Origin: an uncultured Acidobacteriota bacterium
GTDB lineage: Bacteria > Acidobacteriota > UBA4820 > DSQY01
Length of the DNA: 64,000 nt
Reading direction: 5' to 3'
NCBI GenBank assembly: GCA_963772255.1
Contig: CAVYWK010000029.1
Span: 404,645-468,644 of the forward strand
Positions 29,258 to 39,241 of the stretch are shown piece by piece. Each line of letters opens with the position of its first letter. The first letter of the stretch is position 1. A model generated the notes under the pieces. It searched no databases and was not told the DNA's origin. It saw only the letters and a list, made by a program, of their open reading frames with translations. The position numbers were made by a program, and so were the translations under genes.

Positions 29258-30769
29258 CTATTCCATTCTGACGGCCTTCAGGAGAAGGCCCGCCACGACG
29301 CCGTAGACTCCGGCCACAATGGGCGCCACCACGGCCACGACGACCGGTGCCACCCAAGGGTGCTCCTTGTGATAGGCACCTCCCAGAATATTCACCACCT
29401 GATCCTGGTGGGTGAACATGAACACGTACCCCGCGATCACCACGGCCAGGGCCGATCCGAACTGGAACCATTGCTTGGGACCCAGCCGCAGCTGTTCTCC
29501 AAGCTCCTTGGTGGAGACCACGGGCGCCTTGAGCCTCCGAGCCAGAAAATCGGAGAGCTCGCGGGTCATCCTCGTTCGTGCACCGGCGGGCTTTTGCAGG
29601 AAGAGGCCTCCCACGGCGACCAGGCTATATTTGATCGTGGGGTTGATGGCCGAAAGGAGCTTTTCGCGGGTCCCGCAAATGGTTTGGCCTCCGCCTGATC
29701 GTCCCTCTCGAACCAGCGCCACCAGGGTGTCTTGAAACGGCTTGTCGCGCAGCGACGGCGGTGCTTCCGGCACGTCGTCTTCCACGCCCCCCGTGTAGGC
29801 TTTCACCGCAGGAGCAGCAGGCACATCGGACGGCGCGGTGCCCCTGTCCGCCTCCTCTCCCTCGCAGCGGTACTGAAGGAGTTCCACGGCAGCCCCCCAG
29901 CGCCTTGCGATCTCGTTCACCTGCCGAAAGGCCTCCGAGTCGGCCTCGAAGTCCTCCTGGACCCACAAGATGTTCGTGCTGGCCATGGTGCAGCGGATCT
30001 CCCGGCATGCCGGCAAGTCTTCGAGCAATGTGGGGATGCGCGCCGCCAGGTGTGCTTGCCTTGGAACATAGGTGATCGTCACCACGCCCGAATTGGCGCG
30101 AACCGTGAGATCGGCCTCGCCGACCTGGTCGTCGAGGGCGAGCCGGATGCGGGCCTCGGCCTGCAGCAGTCGGTCCTGGAACGCCGCCCTGCTCGCCGGC
30201 GTGGGCCGGAAATCGGGCAGTTCGGCCATCGAGCACAGGGCGGAGGCGGAGTTTTCCAGGCTCATGTGCTCCAGGTTCAGAACGAAGTCGTATTTCCGGG
30301 CGTCGTCCATGTCGATGCCATGGACGAACCTCACCCAGGCCCGGATGTCGCCGTCGATGTCCTGGAGGAACTTCTCCGCCTTTTCCCGGTTGAGTTTGAG
30401 GCGGGCCATGACGGTGTCGATGCGTTGTCCGTGCTCCGGCAGCACATGTACGCGCATGACGTGGGATACACCGGGAAGGAGATGATGTCCCGCCCTGCCG
30501 TAATAGACGAGGTTTTCCTGGTTGGCCCGCTCGCAGATGGTCGCCGTTGCCACAGCCAGGTAGCGATCCTTCAGGCGTGCCAGTCGCTCCTGGACCGCGG
30601 GTTTCTTCACCATGGCCACTTCGAGCTTGCCCACCGGGATCCCGGCCTCGTTGGCCCGGGCCACCACATCTTCGCGGCTCAGGTAGGCGTAGCCCAGCTT
30701 CTGCGCCAGGCTCTTCGCCACCCGCTCGCCGCCGCTGAACGGCACGCTGCATACAAAAATGATAGGCAT
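29258..30769 (-). CDS. Long cytidylate-kinase-like fusion protein: kinase-like N-domain, BON-like segment, unassigned central region, C-terminal TM helices
   Basis: Contains MPIIFVCSVPFSGGERVAKSLAQKLG...VMRVHVLPEHGQRI...IRAWVRFVHGIDMDDARKYDFVLN, then DLTVRANSGVVTITY, and ends in WFQFGSALAVVIAGYVFMF and PVVVAVVAPIVAGVYGVVAGLLL. The start was taken at 30769. Confidence 0.65.
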   Translation of the reverse strand: MPIIFVCSVPFSGGERVAKSLAQKLGYAYLSREDVVARANEAGIPVGKLEVAMVKKPAVQERLARLKDRYLAVATATICERANQENLVYYGRAGHHLLPGVSHVMRVHVLPEHGQRIDTVMARLKLNREKAEKFLQDIDGDIRAWVRFVHGIDMDDARKYDFVLNLEHMSLENSASALCSMAELPDFRPTPASRAAFQDRLLQAEARIRLALDDQVGEADLTVRANSGVVTITYVPRQAHLAARIPTLLEDLPACREIRCTMASTNILWVQEDFEADSEAFRQVNEIARRWGAAVELLQYRCEGEEADRGTAPSDVPAAPAVKAYTGGVEDDVPEAPPSLRDKPFQDTLVALVREGRSGGGQTICGTREKLLSAINPTIKYSLVAVGGLFLQKPAGARTRMTRELSDFLARRLKAPVVSTKELGEQLRLGPKQWFQFGSALAVVIAGYVFMFTHQDQVVNILGGAYHKEHPWVAPVVVAVVAPIVAGVYGVVAGLLLKAVRME

Positions 30770-30890
30770 GAGATCCCCCGAAACATCGTTGTTCAACCGG
30801 GCAGTTCAGCAGATCCTTCGAAGAGCTTCCTCTAAGGTAGCTCCATGCCAGCCCTGCTATGCCCGTGGCGCGATTTTACCACAAAGACCC

Positions 30891-33467
30891 TCACGGATTC
30901 TGCGGCGCAGGCGGCTCCTCCCCGGCTCCGGCCTCCCCCTCCCCGAACGCGTAATTGCCCTCGATGAACTGTTTCACATACCACGCCATCACGGCGTCGC
31001 TGGTCATGTACATATCCAATTGGCTGGCACAGGCCATGAGGCGTCCGAGGATGTCCAGCATGTCCTCGGTCTCCCGGGCCGGGGCCTTCTTGAACCAGGC
31101 GTTGACCACATCCCCCCGGCGGTCCACCTGGAACCCGAAGTGGGCCAGGCTGGCCTCGATGAAGCTCGCCCTGAGGTTTCTCCGCCACCGGGTCGCACCG
31201 CCGCCCGCAAAGCGGAACGCCACGTAGTTCTGGTTGGGGAGGTCCGTCACGCACGCGTCCACGAGCGTGAAATGGTAGGCCAGGCGGGAATTGAGGTTCA
31301 TGTACTGGTCGGCCACCAAGAGGTAGCTTCGCTCCCCCAGGGCGCGCCTCGCGCTGGACTGGTGAGAGGCCAGGGATCCCGCCAGCACGGACGCGATGCC
31401 GTCCAAACTGGCGGGCATGCCCCGGCTCCAACTGACGCCCGGGTGGCAGATGCCTCTCCAGATCGCCTGGAAGGGGCGCGAGACGATTTCCTCGGGCTTC
31501 ACTTTGCGATCATCGGGGTTCTCGAGCTTGAGGCCTCCGCCCAGGTCCAGCACGTGAAGCTGGATGGGAACGGAAGCCTCCAGTCGCTTGGACGCGCGCG
31601 GTCCCCTTTCGGTCTCCAGGTCGTTTACGGCGAACATGGCCTCGATGGCCTTCTCGTGACAGAATCTCAGAACATCGTGCGCAGACTTGCACCCCCGTGG
31701 TCGGAAGTGAAAGGAGGAGGGATCGAGCAGGTGGAGGGCGAGGAGCCGCCGGTTGATGGGATCGGAAGAGTGGTCGCCGAACCGCTCCTTCCTTTCCCTG
31801 GACGAGTCCCGGCCGGGCCAAAGCAAGCCCCGGTGGAGGGCGAGCTGAACGGCGTCCAGGCTCACATCGTCCCCCGTTTTCACGTGCTCCGCGGAGCCCG
31901 TCATGCCGAAAACAGAAGGGACTTTGAACTCCCTAAGGATGGCGGCTCCGTGGCCCGTGATGTTGCCCCATTCGGCCACCAGGCCCCCGATGCGGGCCAG
32001 GACCCGGACGATCTCCGGCGAGATCCTGGGCATGAACACGATGGCCCCCTCGGGAGCCTCCTCGATACCTTGGGAATCGGTCACCAGGAAGGCCTTTCCG
32101 GAGACCTTTCCCGGGTAGACCGTCCGTCCCCCGGAAAGGAGGGACGGTTCTCGCGTTCGGGTGCGAGCCTTGGCGGATACGGGTTCAGCGAGAATGAGGG
32201 GGCGCGCCTGGACGATCCACAGGTTGCCGGCCTTGTCCAGGACCCATTCGACATCCTGAGGCGTTCCGAAGTGTTCTTCGATGCGGACGCCCCAGTTCGC
32301 GAGAACCTGAAGGTCCTCCGTCCCCAGGCTCGGCGACATGCGCTCCTCCGCCTCCGACGAGCGGCGCTCCACGCCACCGCCGTCCCGAACCTCTATCCGC
32401 GTGTCCTTCGAGACGATCTGTCGCTCGATGACCGTGTGGGTCCGCCCGCGGGAGACCACGAAGAGGTCCGCCGGAGTCCGGCCGCTGGCGATGTCCAACG
32501 CGAGCCCGCGGGTGGAGGTGATCCACAGATTTTCGCTCCTGTGGTCCTTGGGGTCCCTCGTGTAAAGGACTCCCGCGGCCTTGGCGTCCAGGGTCGGCAA
32601 GAACAGGACCGCCATGGGACTCTCCCTCTCCGAGAGTCCCCAAAAGAGCCGGTACACCATGGCCCGCTCGCTGAACCGGCTGGCCACGACCCGCCTGTAG
32701 GCGTCCACCACATCGTTCTTCGGCACGTTGATCCGGCTCTGGAATTGCCCCGCGAAGGCGTGGGTACCGCCCTCGCCCATGGCGCTGGACCGCACCGCCA
32801 GGCCCAGCCCACCCGTCTCCAAGGTCAGGGCGCGCTCGGTGATGGCAACCTCCACGGCGCGGGTCAGGGGGGCCTCCATGACCCCCGCCGTGAGCGTGGC
32901 CGAGGCCGCCTGAACGGCTCGCGGGTTGGACGGGTCCAGGTCCCGCATGGCATTTCGGATGGACTGCCACCGCGGCACACCGAAAAACTGTCGGTAGCCT
33001 TCGGTGGTGATGACATACCCCTCCGGGACAGGCAGGCCCATGACGTTCTTCACTTCACCGAGGGTGGCGGCCTTCCCGCCCGCCATGAGCGCGTCCCTGG
33101 CGGTCACCTCGGAGAGCGAGAAAGAGAGGCGGGGAGTGGCCAGTTCCTGGGCGGCGGCGATGAACGCCTCCACCTGCCGCCGCTGGCCCTCCACCGCCTT
33201 GTGCAGGGAAAGGTAGGGGATCCCCGAGAGCCGTTCCAGTGCGGAGACGATGGACTCCGAGCGCTCGAAAATCGCGCCGATGCGATCCCCCAGGACGTCC
33301 CTCAGGGGCGGCACGAATTGGAGGTCTTCCTGCAGCCCCGCGAGGAGCTCCAGGCACTCGTTGTTTAGCGTGAGCAGATCCCTGAACCCCTGGTACTTCT
33401 CCCGCACTCGCGCTTCCGTGGAACCGGGCCCGTCCAGGTGGCCCCGTTTAGCCGGCCAGAACCTCAT
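30891..33467 (-). CDS. PpsA-like phosphotransferase, copy 3
   Basis: Contains GGKAATLGEV, RSSAMGEGGTHAFAGQF and the swivel histidine TGHGAAILREFKVPSVFG. Its C-terminal family motifs are CKSAHDVLRFCHEKAIEAMF...YHFTLVDACV...NYVAFRFAGGGA. Confidence 0.8.
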   Translation of the reverse strand: MRFWPAKRGHLDGPGSTEARVREKYQGFRDLLTLNNECLELLAGLQEDLQFVPPLRDVLGDRIGAIFERSESIVSALERLSGIPYLSLHKAVEGQRRQVEAFIAAAQELATPRLSFSLSEVTARDALMAGGKAATLGEVKNVMGLPVPEGYVITTEGYRQFFGVPRWQSIRNAMRDLDPSNPRAVQAASATLTAGVMEAPLTRAVEVAITERALTLETGGLGLAVRSSAMGEGGTHAFAGQFQSRINVPKNDVVDAYRRVVASRFSERAMVYRLFWGLSERESPMAVLFLPTLDAKAAGVLYTRDPKDHRSENLWITSTRGLALDIASGRTPADLFVVSRGRTHTVIERQIVSKDTRIEVRDGGGVERRSSEAEERMSPSLGTEDLQVLANWGVRIEEHFGTPQDVEWVLDKAGNLWIVQARPLILAEPVSAKARTRTREPSLLSGGRTVYPGKVSGKAFLVTDSQGIEEAPEGAIVFMPRISPEIVRVLARIGGLVAEWGNITGHGAAILREFKVPSVFGMTGSAEHVKTGDDVSLDAVQLALHRGLLWPGRDSSRERKERFGDHSSDPINRRLLALHLLDPSSFHFRPRGCKSAHDVLRFCHEKAIEAMFAVNDLETERGPRASKRLEASVPIQLHVLDLGGGLKLENPDDRKVKPEEIVSRPFQAIWRGICHPGVSWSRGMPASLDGIASVLAGSLASHQSSARRALGERSYLLVADQYMNLNSRLAYHFTLVDACVTDLPNQNYVAFRFAGGGATRWRRNLRASFIEASLAHFGFQVDRRGDVVNAWFKKAPARETEDMLDILGRLMACASQLDMYMTSDAVMAWYVKQFIEGNYAFGEGEAGAGEEPPAPQNP

Positions 33468-33527
33468 GGCGCCACTTTCGCACCCCCTCGACGAAAATGC
33501 CAGCAGCAGCGGCGCGGACCCGCCACC

Positions 33528-34322
33528 CTAGTGCGCGATGGCCCCTTTCTTGCCCAACTTCGTGGCCACGAAGTCGATGCCGAAGCCCGCGATCATGGCC
33601 ACCAGCACGCAGAGCAAACCGTAAAGGTAGCCCCGATTCCTGGCCATCCCCGCGATCTTTTCGGGGAATCCCATCTCCCGGACGACGAGGCCCGAAGTGA
33701 CCTTGCCGGTCACGGCACCACCGCGGCACTCGTAGGCGCTCACCTCGTAGGAGGCCGGAGGCGCTTTCTTCGACCAGGGAAGGTCCAGGGTGAAGGGCAC
33801 TCCCTCGGGCCCCGGCGTTCCCAGCTTCACGGCTCCCTCGGTCACCTGGTAGAACCCTTGCTGCCTCTTGAGGGAGAGGTAGTTGTCGCGGATCACCTCC
33901 TGATCCATGGCCTTGGGCTCCACGATCATCTGCGCCTTGATGGCCACTTGGTCGAGTTGGCCCTGATCCAGGGATTCCCGGGACAGGATGCTCGCCATAG
34001 GGCCGCTCGAGAAACAGAGAAACAGGGAGGGGACGCCGGAAATGTGGACCTTGCCAGCGTTCACCCAGATGGGCCCGAACCGCCCCTTCTTGTTGAATTC
34101 TTCCGCCGTCTCCGGCCCCCTGACCACCACCAGGACCTGCGAATCCGGGGCGACGGTTCCTTCGACCTTCAGGGCCGCCCCGCCGTAGAACGCCCCCATC
34201 TCGATGACGGCAGGAGTCACCTTGAGTGCCGGCGAGCCGCCCTGAACCGTGGCCACCGTGAGGGGCGCCATGATGAGAGCCACCAGCAACACCACCATCA
34301 GAATTCCGATTCGGCGTCCCAT
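33528..34322 (-). CDS. Secreted protein with a C-terminal anchor, paired with a TSUP permease (paralog of 7929-8702)
   Basis: Has the signal peptide MGRRIGILMVVLLVALIMAPLTVATV and the C-terminal TM segment GYLYGLLCVLVAMIAGFGIDFV. It starts 2 nt after the upstream permease stop. Confidence 0.7.
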   Translation of the reverse strand: MGRRIGILMVVLLVALIMAPLTVATVQGGSPALKVTPAVIEMGAFYGGAALKVEGTVAPDSQVLVVVRGPETAEEFNKKGRFGPIWVNAGKVHISGVPSLFLCFSSGPMASILSRESLDQGQLDQVAIKAQMIVEPKAMDQEVIRDNYLSLKRQQGFYQVTEGAVKLGTPGPEGVPFTLDLPWSKKAPPASYEVSAYECRGGAVTGKVTSGLVVREMGFPEKIAGMARNRGYLYGLLCVLVAMIAGFGIDFVATKLGKKGAIAH

Positions 34323-34324
34323 GG

Positions 34325-35239
34325 TCAGTGCCCCTTCGCGTAAGAAAGAAGGCTGGAGGGAGTGAGCACCAGCCCGACGGCCATTTTCACCATCACGAGC
34401 AGCACGATGGTGGCCAGCAGGATCTTGAGTTGGTCGCCCCGGAGGCGCTTGCCCAGCCTTGCCCCGAACTGGGCGCCGATGGTGGAGCCGACCATGAGCA
34501 GGATGGCCAGGACGATGTCCACCGTGTGGTTGGAGACGGCCTGCATGAAAGTCACGCCGGCGCAGGTGAAGAGGATCTGGAAGAGGTCCGTCCCCACGGC
34601 CACGTGCATGGGCATGCGCAGGAGGTAGACCATCATGGGCACCATGATGAATCCGCCTCCCACGCCCATGATGGCCGCCAGGACGCCCACGATGGCGCAC
34701 AGCACGAAGGGGACGAAGGCGGAGTGCTGGACGCCAGACCGCGGGAACTGCATTTGCAGGGGCAGTTTGGCCAGGAGGTTCCCCTTCTTGGCGGCCGTGT
34801 GGTGCTTGCCCGCCATGCTGCCTCGGCGGAGGCTCTGGAGGCTCTCGACGAACATGTAGCTTCCGATACTCCCCAGCACCACGATGTAGGTCACCACGAT
34901 GACGAAGTCGGCGTTACCCAGGGTTCTCAGGACCTTGATGATCTGCACGCCGATGGCGGCTCCCACCAGGCCCCCCACGAGAAGGATGGACCCGAGCTTG
35001 AGGTCCACGTTGCCCAGCCGGAAGTGGGCCGCGGCGCCCGAGGCTGAGGCCCCCACGATCTGACAGGAGTCGGAGGCGGCCGCCACGGTGGGAGGAATAC
35101 CGACCATCATGAGGATGGGCGTGAGCAGGAATCCGCCTCCCACGCCGAAGAGGCCCGAGAGAAATCCCACGAGGGCCCCCACGCCCACGAGAATGAAGAG
35201 GTTGATGCTGACGCCCGCTACGGGAAGAAAGATGTCCAT
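34325..35239 (-). CDS. TauE/SafE (TSUP) family permease, copy 4 (paralog of 8699-9607)
   Basis: Starts MDIFLPVAGVSINLFILVGVGALVGFLSGLFGVGGGFLLTPIL and has the second half AAIMGVGGGFIMVPMMVYLL. Confidence 0.85.
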   Translation of the reverse strand: MDIFLPVAGVSINLFILVGVGALVGFLSGLFGVGGGFLLTPILMMVGIPPTVAAASDSCQIVGASASGAAAHFRLGNVDLKLGSILLVGGLVGAAIGVQIIKVLRTLGNADFVIVVTYIVVLGSIGSYMFVESLQSLRRGSMAGKHHTAAKKGNLLAKLPLQMQFPRSGVQHSAFVPFVLCAIVGVLAAIMGVGGGFIMVPMMVYLLRMPMHVAVGTDLFQILFTCAGVTFMQAVSNHTVDIVLAILLMVGSTIGAQFGARLGKRLRGDQLKILLATIVLLVMVKMAVGLVLTPSSLLSYAKGH

Positions 35240-35541
35240 GCCCCCTCCTTTTTCAAATTCCGCGCTGGAATTCTCTTGCCATCGGAACGTGGGCGCCTTT
35301 GGGGCTCATGGGTTCGGGTTCTGTGACGGGGAGGGCCCGTGGATTTGCCCTCCCGAACCGCGAGCCAGGCCCGCCGGGGTCCCCATCCCACCCTGGGGGC
35401 TTGCTAACGCGGCCAGTGCCTGGCGTGCAAGCAACCCCGACCCCTTTAAAAATGTCCTGCCCTCCGTGCGCATCCTACGCTCTGCTACAATAAACGCCGC
35501 GGGAAGCGGCCTGGCATCTTACGCCTGCCACTCGGCCCGGC

Positions 35542-36978
35542 GTGTCTTACAAGGAATCGGTGAAGATGGTCATAAAACGCGAGCTCGTGGCTCACTTTCC
35601 GAGGCTCGTCATCGCCGGGATCTCGGGAGACTCCGGAAAGACCCTGGTGACCCTCGGCCTGGCGGCCCGTGCCCGCAGGGGCGGCACTCCGGTGGCGGCC
35701 TTTAAGAAGGGGCCGGATTTCATCGACGCCGCCTGGCTGTCCTGGGCCTCTGGCCGGCCCGCGAGACACCTGGACACCTACCTCATGGGCGTTCCAGGCG
35801 CCATCGCCGCATTCCAGCGGCGTGCACTGCCCGGCGGGCTCAACCTGGTGGAGGGAAACCGCGGGCTCTACGACGGGCTGGACGCTTCGGGGACGCACAG
35901 CACGGCGGTGTTGGCCAAAGCGCTTCAGGCCCCCCTGATCCTCGTCCTGAATGTCACGAAGATGACGCGCACCGCTGCGGCCCTCGTTTTGGGCTGCCAG
36001 CGGCTTGATCCCCACCTCCGCCTCGCGGGAGTGATTCTCAACAGGGTGGCGGGAAAGCGTCACGAAGCGATTCTGAGGGACGCCATCCAGGGCACCTGCG
36101 GGATTCCCGTGCTGGGCGCACTCCCCAAACTCGCGGGTGAAACCCTTCTTCCAGGACGCCACCTGGGCCTCTTCACGCCGGAAGAGCACCCGCAAATGGA
36201 GGGGCTCCGGGAGTCGCTGGCCGAACTCTGCGCCCGGCACCTGGATGTGGACGCACTGCTGGAGATCGCGAACTCGGCGCCGCCTCTCGCTGCGCCGCCG
36301 CCTCTGCCCAGACGGAGGCCGGGCGGCGAGTGCCTCGTCGGGGTCGTCCGGGATTCGGCGTTCACCTTCTATTACCCGGAGAACCTGGAAGCCCTGGAAC
36401 GGCTCGGAGCCACGCTGGTGGCCGTTTCGCCCCTCTCGGGCGAGCCTTTCCCGAAAAACCTCGACGCGCTCTACGCCGGCGGCGGCTTCCCCGAAACGCA
36501 CGGCGCTCGGCTCGCGGAGAACCGGCCCTGGATGGACGCCCTGGCCGCGGCCGCCCGCGACGGACTTCCCATCTACGCCGAATGCGGCGGGCTCATGGCC
36601 CTCTGCCGGGCCATCGTGTGGGAGGGCGAGAGGTTCCCCATGGCGGGGGTGTTGCCCTTCGATGTGGAGGTCCTGTCCGCGCCGCAGGGACACGGGTACA
36701 CCGAACTGCTGGTGGATCGGAACAACCCGTTTTTCCCCGAGGGAACGCGGCTGAGGGGCCACGAGTTTCACTATTCGAGGATCGCGAATCCCGCCGTTCA
36801 GCCCGCCACGGCCTGCCTCGTGGAGCGCGGGACGGGGTGCTTCCCGAAACGGGACGCCATCATTCAGAACCGGGTTTGGGCCAGCTACACCCACTTGCAT
36901 GCCCTGGCATCGCCTCAGTGGGCGACCTCCCTGGTCCGCTTGGCCCGGAGGCGTCGCCGGGAAATGGGCGTGAGGTAG
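35542..36978 (+). CDS. Cobyrinate a,c-diamide synthase family amidotransferase (CbiA/CobB); DsrN-like candidate given its position
   Basis: Has the P-loop IAGISGDSGKTLVTLGL and the GATase part YAECGGLMALC...GHEFHYS. It is divergent from the TSUP operon and convergent with sat. An alternative start lies at 35566. Confidence 0.75.
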   Translation: MSYKESVKMVIKRELVAHFPRLVIAGISGDSGKTLVTLGLAARARRGGTPVAAFKKGPDFIDAAWLSWASGRPARHLDTYLMGVPGAIAAFQRRALPGGLNLVEGNRGLYDGLDASGTHSTAVLAKALQAPLILVLNVTKMTRTAAALVLGCQRLDPHLRLAGVILNRVAGKRHEAILRDAIQGTCGIPVLGALPKLAGETLLPGRHLGLFTPEEHPQMEGLRESLAELCARHLDVDALLEIANSAPPLAAPPPLPRRRPGGECLVGVVRDSAFTFYYPENLEALERLGATLVAVSPLSGEPFPKNLDALYAGGGFPETHGARLAENRPWMDALAAAARDGLPIYAECGGLMALCRAIVWEGERFPMAGVLPFDVEVLSAPQGHGYTELLVDRNNPFFPEGTRLRGHEFHYSRIANPAVQPATACLVERGTGCFPKRDAIIQNRVWASYTHLHALASPQWATSLVRLARRRRREMGVR

Positions 36979-37030
36979 GCGGTCGGGACCGAAGCCCCGC
37001 ACCGCCCACCGTCGCGCCGCGTCGCTCGAG

Positions 37031-38299
37031 CTAATTCTTCTTCACATCACCCGTTGCCGCCCCGTGGAGTTTCACTTCCACCTTGTTTTCGAGGTGGTCG
37101 TAGTACTCGTTGAGAACGGCGATGACCTCGGGCTTGGAGAACTCCGGAGGAACGGGCTTTCCTTCGCTCATGAGTTTGCGAAGCAGGGTGCCGGAGAGCA
37201 GCAGCCTGGCGCCGCCCTTGTAGTTGCCCTCGTCGTCGATGACGGCCTTGCTCTCGTGGGGGCAGGTCTTCATGGACGCCATGGAGCCGCATTCGTAGCA
37301 GTAGAAGGTCCAGTCCATGCACAGCGGCTTGAGCGCCAGCGCGTCCTGGGGGATCTCGAGGAAGATCTTCTGGGCGTCGAAGGGTCCGTAGTAATCGCCC
37401 ACTCCGGCGTGATCACGGCCGACGATGAGGTGGGAGCAGCCGTAGTTCTGCCGGAATAGGGCGTGGAGAAGGGCCTCGCGGGGTCCCGCGTAGCGCATGT
37501 CGAGGGGATAGCCGGCCATGGCCACGCGGTCTTTGCGGAAGTATTTGTTGATCAGGGCGTCGATGGCCTTCACGCGCACGTCGGCCGGGATGTCACCGGG
37601 CTTGAGCTTGCCCACGAGCTGGTGGATGTACACGCCGTCGCAGACCTCGATGGCGACCCAGGCCAGGTAGGCGTGGGAGCCGTGCATGGGGTTGCGGAGC
37701 TGAAGGGCGGCCACCGTGTTCCAGCCGCGCTCCTCGAACATCTTGCGGGACTCGGCGGGGCGCTGGTAGAGGCCCTTGAACTGCTCGGGGAAATAGGACT
37801 CGGAAAGCACCTTGACGGGGCCTGCCAGGTTCACGTCGGCCTGCTCCATGACCATCTTCACGCCGGGGTGGGCCAGGTCGGTGGTCTTGAAGACCTGCTG
37901 GCACTCGTGGGCTTTGTCGATGGCGTACTTCTCGGTCACCTTCATGGTGGCCATGAGGGTGTTCGTCTCCACGTCCCAGAGCGCCACTTCCTCGTTGAGG
38001 GCAATGGAGTCGGCGAGGGCCTTCTCGGCGGACAGGGTGATGGGAATGGGCCAGAACAGCCCGTTCTTGGAGGGCATCTTGTACTCGTCGCAGACGCCCT
38101 TCCAGTCGGCGTAGCCCATGAATCCGTCCAGGGGCGTGAATCCGCCGATGCCCATCATGATGAGGTCGCCGGTCTCGCGGCTCGTGAGCGGGACCTTCTT
38201 CATGCCCTGGGCCTTCTTGATCTCATCCTCGAGCGCCTTGCCTTCGAGCAACAGGCACTTGAGCTCTTTACTTCCGTGCGGGGGTACCAACTTGCTCAT
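37031..38299 (-). CDS. sat: Sulfate adenylyltransferase (ATP sulfurylase)
   Basis: Starts [20 protein letters not shown] and contains [13 protein letters not shown] and [20 protein letters not shown]. It is 422 aa and intact. Confidence 0.92.
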   Translation of the reverse strand: MSKLVPPHGSKELKCLLLEGKALEDEIKKAQGMKKVPLTSRETGDLIMMGIGGFTPLDGFMGYADWKGVCDEYKMPSKNGLFWPIPITLSAEKALADSIALNEEVALWDVETNTLMATMKVTEKYAIDKAHECQQVFKTTDLAHPGVKMVMEQADVNLAGPVKVLSESYFPEQFKGLYQRPAESRKMFEERGWNTVAALQLRNPMHGSHAYLAWVAIEVCDGVYIHQLVGKLKPGDIPADVRVKAIDALINKYFRKDRVAMAGYPLDMRYAGPREALLHALFRQNYGCSHLIVGRDHAGVGDYYGPFDAQKIFLEIPQDALALKPLCMDWTFYCYECGSMASMKTCPHESKAVIDDEGNYKGGARLLLSGTLLRKLMSEGKPVPPEFSKPEVIAVLNEYYDHLENKVEVKLHGAATGDVKKN

Positions 38300-38378
38300 G
38301 GGACACCTCCTCTATCTTCACGTGTGGTTGTCGATTGCCTGCACCAACATTCATACCCGAATCCCACTGACCTCAAGT

Positions 38379-39230
38379 CTAGCTTGCCGTCTCCCCGAGG
38401 GGCTCGAGATTGCCGCCGCCCTCATCCATGTGCAGGGCGAGGACGCCGGGCACCTCCGCGACGATGGCTTCGACCATCTGGGTGAGCTGCCTGAAGAGCT
38501 CGCCGGGGAAACCCGATTCGATCATCGAACCGCCGAGATGGACCACTCCTTTCTCCGCTCTCACATCCAGGTCGAGGTCCCGGCTGGCGGGGTTCATGGC
38601 CAGCGCGAGATTGACCCTGGCGGCAAGGGCCAGATCTTGCAACCTCCCTTTGACCTCCTCCGTGACCACAAATTCCGGCCGCTTCGCGGCATCCAGCACG
38701 CAGCAACAGGCCCCGTCTATGGTAAGATTTTCGAGATTGATGACCAGGTCGTAGAGTGCCGGATCCCTCCACTCCACGCCGAAGATGAATTTGGTCCAGC
38801 GTGCCCACTCCTCGTCGACCCTCTTGATGTAGGCCTCCGCGTCCTCCCTGGAGATCTCGGATTTCTCCGTCACGACGCGGACCCTGACCTCCATCGGCGC
38901 GATGATCCTGACCCTCAGGACGGACGGTATCCCCCTCAGGAGCAAGTGACCCGCGTGGCCGTGATAGACGAGGTTGCCGCTTCCCGCGTGACTGGCCAGG
39001 GTCGCCTGCAGGGCCGACAGGTACGTCGTCCGCTCGGAGGCCAGCCTGTCCCAGCCCCAGGGTTCCTGCCCCGAATTCCCCCTGGTGCCCTCGGCTCCCA
39101 AGGTCAACCGGAGCGCCTCGCCCGTCAGCGTCTCCCGCCCCATGCAGGGGCAACCCAGCGCCTCGGAGACCCCCTTGGCGACGGCTTGCCCTCCCCACAT
39201 GGATCCCCGGGCGATCGTGATGATGGGCAT
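38379..39230 (-). CDS. Cytidylate-kinase-like protein with a BON-like C-terminus, copy 4, located between dsrP and sat
   Basis: Contains MPIITIARGSMWGGQAVAKGVSEALG...VLRVRIIAPMEVRVRV...WARWTKFIFGVEWRDPALYDLVIN, and the C-terminus DLDVRAEKGVVHLGGSM. It is closest to 21487-22326. Confidence 0.7.
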   Translation of the reverse strand: MPIITIARGSMWGGQAVAKGVSEALGCPCMGRETLTGEALRLTLGAEGTRGNSGQEPWGWDRLASERTTYLSALQATLASHAGSGNLVYHGHAGHLLLRGIPSVLRVRIIAPMEVRVRVVTEKSEISREDAEAYIKRVDEEWARWTKFIFGVEWRDPALYDLVINLENLTIDGACCCVLDAAKRPEFVVTEEVKGRLQDLALAARVNLALAMNPASRDLDLDVRAEKGVVHLGGSMIESGFPGELFRQLTQMVEAIVAEVPGVLALHMDEGGGNLEPLGETAS

Positions 39231-39241
39231 GGTTGGCCTCT

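Noticed and set aside
36978-37006. A possible bidirectional terminator hairpin (GGCGGT...ACCGCC) between the convergent CbiA-like and sat genes.
   Set aside because: The stem is short and interrupted, and there is no U-tract on either strand. The evidence is too weak to list as a feature.
38300-38378. I searched the sat upstream gap for a Rex-type operator (TTGTGAA-N-TTCACAA).
   Set aside because: No such inverted repeat is present in the 79-nt gap. sat is more likely co-transcribed with the upstream genes.
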